63,754 nucleotides of DNA, filler included, from Choristocarpus tenellus KU-1152 (GCA_964200185.2; 13 parts of 13 records of this genome joined end to end with filler, not necessarily neighbours in it), one strand, 5' to 3'; shown: positions 38,173 to 51,163, numbered from the whole stretch's first letter. Notes: generated by a model from the letters alone, not told the origin. Made by a program: numbers and translations.

Positions 38173-40756
38173 CTAAGGGCTATACTCACCCTCCATTGAG
38201 GACAGAGCTACAACCTTTTGGACGTTTGATATCCAAGATATTGCTCTTCCTGTATACGTTATGTCTCCCCCAGTCACTGATCTACGATCATTACAATACC
38301 CAGCATAGCTAGCTTCAGTAAACGCACTTAACTCACATTCAGTATTAAAACCACCGAAATCAATCCAACACTTGGACACGTATTCAAATATGCAAAAGTA
38401 GTACAGATAACAGCACGCCAATGTGCAAGTTGGGACTGCTACTGTACTTGGCAACCTCACGAACTGCATTGGTAATGAGTGAACGTATCTTAGAGGGTAA
38501 GAGTTTTACCCTGTTTGTCCATTTGGGGCTTAGCTTCCCATGTTTTATTTATGACATTTTCCTACTGCAAAATGTTTCGGAGTAGGTAAAATGTGTATGT
38601 TATGAAAAGATGTGTCCGAAACATAGATATTGACACTTCCTAACAAACACGATAGTCAAGATTACATCAAAAACGCAACATTGGATTTTGACCCCCAAAT
38701 GGACGCTACTCTACCCTCTAAGTCACTTTGGCTCAATATCTAATCTGTTTATGACAGCTGTTCACATCAAATAACCAACAGTTCTCTGTACGAGACATTA
38801 TCGTCAACACTTGATCCTCGTTATTTTGTCTATAAGGTCCTTGAGAGATCACGAGGTATCGCCCCAACCATACCAAATCTTTGACAAATGCTCTTGATGT
38901 ACTTGGTCTGACTAATGTTTAGTGTCTTTGCAACTCTTTCACGCGAAAACTCACAAACCATACGGAACTTGAGATCACCAAAATATTGTATAAAAAACTG
39001 CTCCTTGATCCTGGAGCGAACTCAAATCAAAACATCACATATTCCTGCTACCATAAGGTCATCAACGTGGGGGGCTATTGCAGTACAAACACGCCATTTC
39101 TTACATAGCGTAAAACACAGGGATCTGCTTAGCATTACTCAAAACCACATTCTTCCAAAACGTGCACCACCTAAATATTAAACTCCCTGCCAGCCTGCTT
39201 GGCGCCATAAAGTGCTTTCACTAAATGCACAACCTTCCCTGACCACAAACCGCATCCATTACATAGAATTATTAATGTTTCTTCTCTGATTTCGGTTTGT
39301 TTGAAAAGCCTGCTTCACAACCCAATGCATGAATCCTTGTCTGCAGCTAGTGCCAAAGCGAATCTTAAACGTACAGGCCATGGTGTCAGAGCAAAGGTAT
39401 CATAGCAATCTAGAATCTTAACATGATGAAAATCCTGTTGCTACCAGACATACTTTGTATCTCACTACCTCTTAAAACTTTTTGAATTGTGCTTGTGAAT
39501 GCATTTGATGCAAATTGCCCTGCGTCCATGGAATAACACCCTTTTGAAACAAAACAGCAGATAAATCAAAGGAGTTTGCATGGTCATCAGGTGCAGTGCC
39601 GAAGAATGTTGACCTCCTTGTCCAATCTCCACTTCCTGACCTCTGACCAATCCAGGAAAATATATCTTATCACCATCTTGTACCTCCATTCAAACAGGAG
39701 ATATCAACCTCATAATCCCCTTGTACCCTTGATCAGTCCAGGAGATACCATTCTCAACACCCCTTACCTTGTGACTGAGAGCAGATATGCTCTCTAGAGC
39801 CTGGGAGAATGTGAGGGGAATTATGCAGATGGCAAGAGTTGCCCCCTTCCTCAATCGGGGAACAAATAGTTGGGGTATTTGAAACGCACAGCATGTGCTG
39901 AGTATATATCACCATCTCACTCAAAGCTAAGCGGAAGACCCTCCCCATTAAAAATAAAATATGCATCCCTGTTCCTTTGACTGTGATTTATTCTAGTTTA
40001 CAAGCGGAACGTGAGGATATGGAGGTTGAATGCTAGATTAGGGACAAGGGCGACAGACTCCAAAGTAACATGTACCCTCTCATCATGACCTACTTTGAAG
40101 TTTGGGTCAAGCATACCATGTCCCTTGATAGATGAGGATGTACCATCGGCTTATCATTTAGCGACTTTCAGGACACGGTCCAAAATTATACATGTTAGTC
40201 AGGTCATTTGTCACACTGTTGGATGCCGCCGAATCAAAGCACCATCTCTCTAATCCAGACACTCTTACCTCATTGCTATCGGCTACTGCAGTCAATGTAG
40301 CCCTAAATCTACTCTGTTTTTCTTTGCCGGTCCCTACCCTGACCCAGCCAATGCTTCCACCTGTTTAGACGGGGTCACCCTCCCCTAGCAAAAAATGTAC
40401 TGAACGTGTCCTCTTTCCCCACAGTTGAGACACAGTCCTTTGAATGTATAAGGGTCGGCATGCTTAATCAGTCTGCATATGTTACATCGTTCCCAAGTCG
40501 TGGTGTCAGACCTGGTATAGGATCCTGTCGTACCAGGGTTCGAACAAGAACCAACAATGCTATAATCATCTCCTCGGTTGGCCTTCAATGTCCTTGCATT
40601 AAGAGTGCTTCCAGGTTCTCCACGGTTTCTTACCTCCTTGCAATGAAAAATATTCTGAACGGGCAGCATGTTGTGTCGTTGCTCTCGTTCTCTCCCCGTT
40701 AATGAAGGTAATTTGGGGTCTTCCCCCCAGGCATCTTGATATTCTTTACCCAACAT
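38173..40756 (-). mobile_element. Degenerate Ty1/copia LTR retrotransposon internal region (gag knuckle, protease, RNase H remnants)
   Basis: CLNCGERGH zinc knuckle (~40430), WCFDSAASNSVTND protease motif (~40240) and FTEASYAGYCNDRRSVTG...AISWISNVQKVVALSSMEGEY RNase H (38173-38340). Many stops and frameshifts; LTRs not identified. Confidence 0.88.
38477..38734 (-). mobile_element. MITE family A copy nested in the copia remnant
   Basis: Reverse-orientation homologue of 33856-34114 with both TIRs. Confidence 0.85.
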
Positions 40757-41774
40757 TTGCAGCCTAGCAATTTCGGGTTAAAGTATCTTGGGGGGGGGGG
40801 TGTCGGCGTCCGTTTTTCACTTTTTTGGTGTTTTTTGATCGCACGTGTCGGATTTGAAATGTCAGCAAAAAAAAGAGTTGTTTGACCGAAACNNNNNNNN
40901 NNNNNNNNNNNNNNNNNNNNNNNNNNNNNNNNNNNNTTAATTAATTAANNNNNNNNNNNNNNNNNNNNNNNNNNNNNNNNNNNNNNNNNNNNAGAGATAT
41001 CTAAAACGTCGTTTCAATCTTTTTCACGAAAAGAAACACTTCGGGGAGGACCCCCCCCCCCCCCCCAGACATACTTTGGGTCTTTCTTGGGCCTCAGATG
41101 TAAAGACTGCATGTGAGCAAGCATAGAAAACCCCACAGGAGTCACTCGAGTGTTGTCCCAGCTCCCTGTGTTCATCCTCGTCCTCTGACTTGGTTGCTTG
41201 TGGCAGCTCCCTTGATGACAAAAAGGTCCAATAAGAATGGCCAGGTCAGGATTGAACCTCTTAATCGCTATGTTAGCACTGTAATGGAGGTGACATTGAA
41301 CAGTATGGGGGCAACAACACATCCTCTACGAAGGCCTTGCCCCTACCTTAAACAAATCCGTGCACTCTCCATCATCCATGCGGACACATGCCCACATCCC
41401 AACATGGGACTGACGAATATTTTGAGATAATCTTTGAGGCACCCCAAACTTGGAAAGCACATCCCGCAGGAGATATTGGTCAGTGCATCATATGCTATCT
41501 TTTCGTCAGTAGCACCCAGAATGGTTTTACCAATAGGTTATTGAAAAGATCGCGAAAATGACTCAAGTCAGGTATCCAGCCAGCCTGGCAGCCCACCGAC
41601 ATCCATTCTTTTCGGGGTCGATATATTCTCACGTCAAAAAATCGTGCAATGCGAACAGCATTCCCTATCTCGCAAAAAAAGGATCCTATGCATGTTTTAA
41701 AAGGTCTGCTTTGCTTCAGAACAACAGAAAATGTCATGCACACTTTGCTTTCTTGTGAGATCGTTGTATATCAG

Positions 41775-41900
41775 GATGCCCAAGCTGCAGGCGGCCATGT
41801 GCTGCAGGGAGTTACAACAAAAGAGTCATTGAGAGCTGAGAAAGAGCAGGAGCCGAGTGTCGACTTCAGTTGCAAGAATCTCACTGCCACGTATCATTGA
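41775..41900 (+). CDS. Possible terminal exon of an unknown gene convergent with BRCA2
   Basis: CAG acceptor then DAQAAGGHVLQGVTTKESLRAEKEQEPSVDFSCKNLTATYH*; no homology recognised. Confidence 0.25.
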   Translation, partial: DAQAAGGHVLQGVTTKESLRAEKEQEPSVDFSCKNLTATYH

Positions 41901-42325
41901 AAAAGGGTGTGCTCCCCATAAGCATGGGCAATGATACCAATAGCATCAGAATCCTCTGGATTATATTATGACATTAACCATAGCCCCACAACTCTGAAGT
42001 CACTGTCATGAATCTCTTTCCATTGTGCGCTAAGGCCACTCCTGGAGGGAGGAAGGTTTAAAGGGCTGGACCTCCTGTGATACTAGGCGTAGTTCTATAA
42101 GAAAGTATGATGAACAAAAATGATGTGCATATTTGTGGGTGGAGTCTGTAACAAAGGGTTAACTCTGAAAAACAAGAAGAGTGGGCCATGAGCGTCATCA
42201 TGCTGTCCAGAACCTGTGCTACTGTTAAGATATTGATACTGCGGGTGTTCATCCCCTCCCCTCTTTCTCCATAGATCAAAGTTATATTAATAGAAACATA
42301 GAAAAGAAAGAAAAAAATGTCATGC

Positions 42326-45300
42326 TCAGGATCTTCCAGCACCTCGTAAGGGGGGGTAACAAGCACTCAGATCGGCCAGGAGAACTCCTGCCAACGCTGC
42401 CGTGTCCAAAGGCAATATTTCTGTCACTTCTAATCTGCAGGTATGCCGTGAAGTGGACACTCCTGGACCCCTTGTTTGAGGTACTTTACTATTCCTAACG
42501 GATTGTTCTACCCCTACTATTCTAGCAATTGGACAGTCCCCTTCCTCGACCTTCTGAAAGAAAAACTCAAGCTGTGTCAAACCACATACCTGAGCAAGAT
42601 GTGCAAGGAACATCTCTGGCAAAGGAGGTGAATGTTGAACTATTGAACTACTCCCACCCTTCTGACCTGTCCCAGACTGAACGACTGGATAACATTCCCC
42701 TGATAAACCTCTAGAGCACACCAAACTATCGTTCCCCCCACTGTGTTGATTTTCAGTCCTCACTGTCTCCCTTACTTCCTCTGCCAGGCTCCGGGCACTG
42801 GTTTCAGTATCAAATCTAAGTCTGTCTCCACTGTGAGCCACAATCTGTGGCTCAAATCTTCCCCTATTGGCTCTACTGTGATTCATGCCCATGCCTTTTA
42901 GTCTCCCTTCTGATATCAGCTTTGCTAATGTGGCTGCAAGCAGGGCTATAGATTTTCTGTCCAGGTTACTACTACTCCAATCTAACCCCTTGGTGTCGAT
43001 TCCACCATCACAGCAGATTTCACTACTGGACCCTGATCCACCTCCCCTTCCCTGTGTGCGAACAGGGCAACAAAAGTGCGCTTTACTCTGATGTTGCCCC
43101 AATTCGTCGCTCTTTGCCCAAGCAATTACTGCTTGCGCTTGTCTGAGGAGGACAGCTGTTGTCGAATATTGATCTCTTGATGGTGAGGATACCAATTCTG
43201 CCTCCGTGTCTTGAAGCTCTGACCTTGAGATATCGGACCCACAGTAGGGATAGTAATGTGTACATGTTACAGTGAATGTGGGCGGGAATAGGTCACAGGA
43301 GCGGTGGAACAGATATACATGTACAAGGGGGAGTAGGAGTGGGAAGATGCTTTTGCTAAGTGCCAAGAGAGCAGGTGTTCAAGGCTTGCTGTAGTGATGG
43401 GAATGAACTTCATGCCTTGACATGGCAAGCGAAATGTAAGGGATGGGAGATAAACTCAATGGGTTAGAGTAAGATAGGACAATGCCAAAGCCAGGAAAGA
43501 GGGCCTACATCAAAAGTTTATTACTGGAGTACACAAGAAAGACAAATATATTTATGAAGAACAGTCACTTGTGTTACTCTTTGTCCTATATATGTTGTCC
43601 CATACAAGATGCAAAATCAGCTGCTGTGCATAAAATGCTCATCACTCACCTTAGTGGCATTGCACATTCTGACCTCACAGCAGAAGCCATCTTATCTGTA
43701 GTTTTGTCTAGAGCATGCACCAGAAACTCCTCAAACAAGGCCTCCCTCAGGTAGAACAGAGGTGACCCCGCCCCTGTGTCCACACGGATGTGGAGTCCCC
43801 CAAGCGCAACCTGTTTGCCCCTACCCCCTTCTCCGACAGGGTCACTACCAACAACACTAACAGCAGGTCTTGAAATATCAGTGCAGATTCCCACTTCATG
43901 TATCAAAGGATAAAGGGCTCTCACATTGCCTACCACCTGACCCTCTTGCCTGCCATTTCCACATCCCAACATCCTTGGCCCACCTTCATGTTCAATCTGA
44001 TGCGGAGTTGTTGAGGTGAGTCCATCCATGTGACCCCCTTTACCTGTACCTCTCCTGTCCAGGCCCCCCACTTCAATTGAACCCCTCAGCAACTGCCTCC
44101 TGGCCTTCGCTGCTAGTACAACTTGCAGTCGTTGGCGTTCAAAATGAACAGCATGTTGCCCCTGAGATGTTTCACTCCACTTCTTCAGCGCATCCAAAGG
44201 AGCTGCTAAGTGGAACCCAGGTGACCCACCAAGTGTGGCTGGACATGGTGAGGATAGTGCGCCTTCAGTTGCTGAAGTCCACTCGCCGTAAGTCAATGCA
44301 CCTCGTAAAGAAGCAAATCCTGGGGTCAACGTTTCCAACACTTCCCCACGGGTTCTGCTACTGTTGACACCACAGACACTTCCACTTGAGGCATTGCCCT
44401 TTCCTCCACCAGGCACACGAGCATTCACGATGGCCCAGCAGGTACCATGCAGTGAATTGAGGATCCTGTTGTGGATGGCCAGCTCTGGTCGAACTTGTCT
44501 CTCCAAGCAGAAAGAGGCCCCAGACTCCTCAGTCAGATATATACGATATGTTACGTAAATAGTTGTAGCAGCAGCAAAACTATGACTTTTTGAGTTTGCA
44601 GGGGGTACTGAAGTTGACAAATCCGTTCCCATCTCTGCCTTTAACCTCTGAAGTTTAGGACTTTTTCCAGATACTGCCCCTGCCCCCTGATTGGTCATTA
44701 GACCCAGGGTTGCAGCAGAAGGGGCATACTGACCATGGCGCCCAGCTCCAGACCCCTCCTTCACATCAATCATCACCTCCACTCCTGATGTGGGGTCCAC
44801 TTGTGTGATGGCAAAGAGACAGCCAACAACATCAGCTTCTTGCCATGAGCTCAACACAGATGCCCATGTGGACGGAATCCCCTTCCTGCCCCTGGCGGTA
44901 AGCATGCTCAGGTGAGAGATTGAAACTGATGACAGTGAGGTCGGGCGTCTGGGGCAGTAGAATGTCGACATGGGGCATGCAGGGCAAGACCCTTGGGTAG
45001 TGGACGTAGGACCCTGAAGGAGCTCTATCTTGCTTTGCTTGTTTGTGACAAGCTCAATACTGTAGGGGGCTGTGGCTATTCGCCTACGGCTATTGGGGGC
45101 ACACACCCTGGGCAGAAGTGTTGGCAATGTTGTTGGGTGTCACATGTGCAGGGTTGGCGGGTAGTCAAGGGGGCACGAGGCAGGGAAGAGAGCAGGGGGG
45201 GTATCTGGTTTAGCAGACTGATTTTTCTTGATGATGATGTGAAGTTACTTTTCTGAGATCAGATGCTTAGCAGTATGCTAGTGTCCTCTTGAGCTGACAC

Positions 45301-46046
45301 TCACAGATTGAAACCTGTCAGGAAGACCAATATCCCCAAGTAATAAGAGCAGTGACAACCTGCATGGGTATGGGAGTAGGACAACTCAATTTCTCCTGGA
45401 ATTTAGGACAGAAGACGGCCACAAAACAATGTAGTACTGGTGTGTGGGCTAAATTATTCCTCCTGAAGGTACTAACGAGAACCAATAAAGTCTGGTGCAA
45501 TGCTGACACCACATCCACACAGATCTCTATCTGTGTTGTGACATATAGCTTTCTCGAAGTGAGGCCACATCAACCTCAAAAAACCCAAATATGTCACAAC
45601 TCCACCATGACAGTTAATGGGAATAGTCCCTTCCGTAGTACCTGTGCAGGATAAGTGATGCCCCCTCCTGCAAACAATCAGCTGTCGTCTCGTTCGGCTC
45701 CCACACCTTCAAAAGAGCTACGAGAGGCACATGCCTACGATGCCGCCTTCCTCGGCGTGCCAGGTGCTGCTGCTTGAATGTTGATCTTCCGCCCTGGCCA
45801 TCATTGGTACCCTTGTCACGAGCACTATCTAGTGGGTTGCAGCTCCAAGGAGCAGGATTCTCACTTCCTGCTTCCTCCATCCCAGCCTCCACACCACTTG
45901 CATCACCTCCTACTTGATATCTACTTCCCACAGTGGTGCCACAGGTACCACTGAAATCTCCACCCACTGAAACAGATGGTTTGCCTAAGTCCAGATGCTC
46001 TGTAACTCCTTCACATGCGCACACAACACGCAGGCATACTAGACGC
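42326..46046 (-). CDS. BRCA2: BRCA2 homologue, 3' part (OB2, OB3 and C-terminal extension); exons 46046-45642, 45107-43650, 43223-42326
   Basis: Ordered matches to the BRCA2 DNA-binding domain as recalled: LLKVWEPNETTADCLQEGASLILHR (~[25 protein letters not shown]), IELVTNKQSKIELL, FYCPRRP, EADVVGCLFAI (~EVDLIGFVVSV), IYLTEESG (~VYLSDE), WAIVNAR, LTYGEWT and HLAAPLDALKKW. Phase-2 junctions are consistent. Confidence 0.8.
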
Positions 46047-46562
46047 CTTTCAAGGGTCAAAAGGTGTCGCAAAGGGATGAGGGGTAGCGCCAAGAAGCAG
46101 GATTTATGATTAAAATACATTATGGTAGGTAGGGATGAGAGGGATGACAAATTAGTCCGCATAGAGAAGGAAAACAATGACCACAATACAGTTGACAAGA
46201 GGATGTAGAGAAGCAAAAGGTATGCAACAGGTACATTTGAAGTGCAGTCTGAGCCAGGAACATTGACAAAATCCACTCAATATTGTTCCCTCAATTCTTG
46301 GTTGCGAATGATCATACTACTCTCGAGTTCTTTGTTCAGCTCTTTGGGATAACTTGACTGGAGACACGAGATCCAACTACACTGAATTGCTGTGACTTTG
46401 AGAGAACTACTTTTCCAGATGCAACATTTCTACAAAATATCCAATGCAGGGGGGGGGGGTGGNNNNNNNNNNNNNNNNNNNNNNNNNNNNNNNNNNNNNN
46501 NNNNNNTTAATTAATTAANNNNNNNNNNNNNNNNNNNNNNNNNNNNNNNNNNNNNNNNNNNN

Positions 46563-47110
46563 CCACGATTGATTTCCCAGGAATGCCATGATTAATCAGC
46601 CGCTTCGACGATTGATTTCCCAGCTAACCACGATTAATTACTTCCAAAACGATATTGTACCACATCAATTCTGTACCACGTTTTCGGGCATTCCCATGGA
46701 TGAACAAAATCGGGGTACCTACTGTACGTCAATGATCTTATACGTTTCAAATGTTCCGAAACTAAAAGGTCACAAAAAACTGATACTCTCTAATAAATGC
46801 TCTAAATACAAAATCTTATGTTGTTCGACATTTGTATTTTTTTAAAATACAATTATCAACGGAAAGAGAACATTGAGTTTCAAGCGATCCTCTGGTTTTT
46901 ATGAAATAAAAATCATATTCTATTCTTAATATCTCAACAAATAAAAATACAAACGACATACTTTGTTGATCTAATACGTTTGAGATGTTCCGAAACGAAA
47001 AGGTCACAAAAAACTGATACTCTCTATTTGTTTTAAATATGAAATCGTATACTGTTCAATATTCATATTTTTTGGAACACAATTATGAACGGAAAGAGAA
47101 ATCTGACTTC
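46563..47110. repeat. Subterminal-type repeats: short CGATTGATTTCCCAG repeats and a ~140-bp duplicated segment (46733-46880 / 46967-47110)
   Basis: TGATCTxATACGTTTxARATGTTCCGAAACxAAAAGGTCACAAAAAACTGATACTCTCTA...CAATTATxAACGGAAAGAGAA twice, ~235 bp apart. Confidence 0.8.
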
Positions 47111-47244
47111 TTTGGGAACCGACAGGGCACATGAAATAAAGCAGCACCTCCCAGCCCTCACTCCTCATTTCCATTCCTTCCCTTCACACATACCACCAGC
47201 AGCTCTTTCCTATCTATCCCCGTCACACCTTACCGATCTTCGCC

Positions 47245-48873
47245 ATGTCCAACATTCGCTCAACAACGACCCCCCTGCGCGCCAATGGCGCTGCCCACAG
47301 ATCAAGAGCGTCGGACAGCAATGCCAAGGGCATGTCCTCGCTCCTCGAACAGCACTACCTCAGCATGTACAAGATGACACTCGGCAACACCACATGCACG
47401 GAGATGGTGCGTCCCCTGAGCGAGCGTGGCCTTGCACGCGTCAGCAAGTCTATCTGTGAAAAAGGCTGGCTTGAGGAGTTTGCTCTGTCCATCGTCATCC
47501 AACGAGACTGCTTAGGCAATGGGGACCAGCTCACCGACGACACTACGCTTGTCATTAAAGGACGAACACTGGACGGAAACCATAGAATAACGGTGTTGAA
47601 GAGAGAGTTTGATCATGAACTAACTTTCATGATGCGGGTCTACATGGAGTTCAACCAAGCAGAAGAGAGGCTAATAATTGCCAACGGTGAGTGATGGAGT
47701 GTTGTCGTTGTTCCATGATCGCCTGATGATTCTTCTGATCTACTAAGTCGTTGCCGTGTTTCCTTTGTTTAGTTCATCGTCAGTCAGCCCGTTGTTGATC
47801 TTTTCGTAGTTGATCTTTTTTATCCCTCGAGGCACTTTCTGTCAGCAGCAACATGTTGCTCACTACTGCCTGCCGTGTGTGTCACGCAACCGCCTTCCCA
47901 CCTACCCCTTGCCCCGTTCGCCCACTGCACCGCCACGCTTATAGCATTCAACAACACGACTGAGAGTGTGGTTGAGAGCACGCTATACGATAAGGTATAT
48001 TTTCAGCACGAGCTCGAAGAAGCTATCAAGCGCCAGACGAAGAAGAAAGAAGTTTCACTAACAGAGATCCACAAAATGTACAAAAAGGTGAGGAAGTTGT
48101 CAACGTTGGTAGTCTGGATGGGTTGCGTAAGGGCTAGGACGGTGGGATGGTGGCGCTCTACTCCTCCTCTTGTTGGGTTACAACTGTTGTGAAGATCTCT
48201 CTGTGTCCTCCAATTCAACCTAAGTTCAGATAGTTATCCCGCGTTTAGCAACCCTGTCAACCAAATGCTTGATTTTTGGGTGACCATGTAGTATGTGTGT
48301 GTGCAAAATCACAGACGAAGTGAACAGTTTCTTCTTTCAGCACTAGGTAGGCCAGGCCACTGAGTATCATACCCTTCCCCCGGCTAAGGTCCACTCCTTA
48401 CCCGGACCGTTGCGGTGTTGCCCAAGATGACAAACGCACGATGCGTCATTTTGTGAACCAAACCCTCTCCTTCGTGGGCAACCACAAGCTGTCTGTGTTG
48501 TATATACACGAACAATAAAAAGCGTTCTTGCTTGTTTTATCATTAGGCCAGGCCGCTGAATAACACCCCCCCCCCCACTCATACATACCCCGTTGGCGTG
48601 GTAATAATGATGCCTCATCCTGGCTGGCTGGGTGCATGATATTTTTCTTTTCTGCCCATCGCGAAGGTAGGCGTTACTCCCCCGCCGAAAACAACTCTAC
48701 GAAACAGGCGTAAAGTCCCTTCAACCAGAGTCCTTCGAGGTACTGAAGGAAGTGTGTGAGACCTCGTCACCACAGGTCGACCACAACGTAGTCACACTGA
48801 GCTATCTGACTCGTGAGGAGTTTGCCGGCTTTGCTTCTCTGAAGCAGGGGCTATGCATCCGTCTGCTTACGAG
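47245..48873 (+). CDS. ParB/Sulfiredoxin-domain protein, spliced, 5' partial (exons 47245-47686, 47945-48087, 48671-48873)
   Basis: VRPLSERGLARVSKSICEKGW...SIV...RTLDGNHRITVLK...LIIANAFNN matches the ParB N-terminal domain (SI..G, DGxHR, downstream N). Junctions are phase-consistent and the last donor is GC. Confidence 0.75.
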
Positions 48874-49050
48874 GCAAGTCAGACCGCCACTGTGTTTTAT
48901 CGTGTAGACAGCAGTAAGCGACATGTGTGCCGGTCGCAGTACCTTGTACAGGAACGTTTAATAAGTGTCTCCTATGATGAAGACCATAGTCAGGCATTTT
49001 TGTATCGAATGACGAACCGTTCGTAGTACTGTGGAAAGACTACCTGCAGT

Positions 49051-49107
49051 GACCCAAAGTATCTGGGGGGGGAGGGGGGGTCTACACCAGGGTGTCCATT
49101 TCGCCCC
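49051..49107 (+). mobile_element. MITE-like family B end, truncated by a gap (similar ends at ~37477, ~50827, 51902)
   Basis: GACCCAAAGTATCTGGGG...GGGTGTCCATTT. Confidence 0.7.
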
Positions 49108-49208
49108 NNNNNNNNNNNNNNNNNNNNNNNNNNNNNNNNNNNNNNNNNNNNTTAATTAATTAANNNNNNNNNNNNNNNNNNNNNNNNNNNNNNNNNNNNN
49201 NNNNNNNT

Positions 49209-49257
<49 letters not shown>

Positions 49258-49428
49258 CTCCCCCCCCCCCCCCCCATGACACATCTACAAAATAATAATA
49301 AAATGATTGTTAGTAATAGTGTCAGTGTGGAGGTTCTCTAATTTTTCCATCATCTCGGGTGTCACCTGTCTATATACACCAACCCCCTTTTTTCGTTACT
49401 TGCTTGTGGCTACGGTGGCGGCCCTCAG

Positions 49429-50796
49429 AGCTATCAACGGCTGGATATTTCAGTGACTGGCTACGATACAGCTGATGCCCTGGCAGTGAAGGACGCAGTG
49501 GAAGCAGGGATCACAGGGCTTAATGTGGCTCTGGAGCAACAGGATGCCGACTCTGGGCTGTCAGCGACTACAGCTTGGGTGCGTAGCGTAGCAACAAAGT
49601 CAGGGAGGCGTGTTTGGTGTTCCACATTGTAATGGGGTGTGTGTTCCACACGAGATTGGATTTTTTTTGTTTTTTATGGGTAGTTGATTGATATTCTATG
49701 GGATTGGCGTTTGGTGTGGTGTGGGGACTGCAGCGATCTGTGGTCAGAGGTTGTACAACGAAAGTGAGAGTATTGCAGTAGGTTTTGTGTTGGTGAGTGG
49801 TTTGTGTATTGATATATTTTTTTTTTTGTGCTTTACAGTCGTATAGAATAATAAAATAAAATATGACTATGACGATGACTATGACTATTTTTTATTTTGT
49901 GAGGGGGGAAGGAAGAAGGGAACACAATAGTGTGTAGGAAGATAGCGCAGTGATTGTAGTATTGAAAATAAATAAAATAACATATTTTGTAATATATATA
50001 TATATATTGTTTTTTTAGAGTCTGTGTTGTTTTTGTTCCGTTGAATCTTCTGCTTTTGGAGTACGTAATTTTTTCTGTAGGTAAAAAAATAAAAATAGTG
50101 AATTTATTTATGAAAGGAGAAAAAGTGAACAATATGAAAAAAGCGAAATTCTTACATGTGGAAAATAGTTATTTTTTATTTTTTTAAAAGAAAAATAGAA
50201 GGACAATAAAATAAAACCGTGAGTCATGATAACAGTACTTCGTTTGCAATTTTTTGTAATTAAGAACTGTTGTGAATCTTATTGGAGGTGCAAAAATCAA
50301 TCTTACCTCTATTCTTGAGGTTTTTTAATTTCAAGCACGTAGGAAGGAGCTTTGAATACCTTTTATCTGTTTTATTCCGTTCTATGTTTGTACTTCGTTT
50401 AAATACCTTTTTATTATTATTCCATTTTTATACACCTCATTTTAAATACCTTCCGATCTAATCTATTCTAATCTTACTCCATTCCTCTCTTTATTTTTTA
50501 TTTATTTTAAATCACTCTCCTTGCGCACAAGAGTCAGTACCCCCCCCCCCCCAATTCTTTCTTCTTTTCCCCTCTTCTCTAAATCCATCCATCCACCTCT
50601 TTATTTTATTTTTATTTTTTCCAGTACGCGGAGAGCTCTATCGTCTCGGTCTACATATCTTCAGAGAGCGTGCCTGAGGCCTCAATTCTGTTGGATGGGC
50701 CGGGTATAGATGTGGGAGGAAGTGAGGAGTTGTTGGGGCTGTCTTCCAGTGAAGATGATGATACAGATTTCCTGACTTCTACGCAGTTCCTCGTGG
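49429..50796 (+). CDS. Two internal exons of an unknown acidic protein (49429-49578, 50625-50796)
   Basis: Open exons with good acceptors and donors in AT-rich intronic DNA: SYQRLDISVTGYDTADALAVKDAVEAG...TTAW|YAESSIVSVYISSESVPEASILLDGPG... Confidence 0.5.
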
Positions 50797-51163
50797 GTGA
50801 GCTGTGTTTTAAATTTTATATTTTTTGGGGTCAAAATATCTGGGGGGCGGGGGGAAGTACTGGCTGATCTACCTACAGAATCTAATATAATGATTTACGA
50901 CTTTGTAATTAAAGTACTTTCAAGCATACTTTCAAGCATAGACACTGAATTTTATCCCCATTCCTACTACGAAGGTGACTTGAAGCAAAAAGTGGAGGAT
51001 AGAATCAATTCATTCAATTTTGTGGGACTATGCCAATATATGACATATATATATATATTTCAAGAGGTGAAATCTAGCGAGACTTGCAACAACGAATCCT
51101 CCAACAAATCAATAAGTTTTAGTTCACAGCATCTAGGAGGCGTTTTTTCTAAAGATTGTAAAT

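Noticed and set aside
48667-48760. Frameshift in the third ParB exon
   Set aside because: It appears only if the AAG acceptor at 48666 is used; the TAG acceptor at 48670 gives an open frame.
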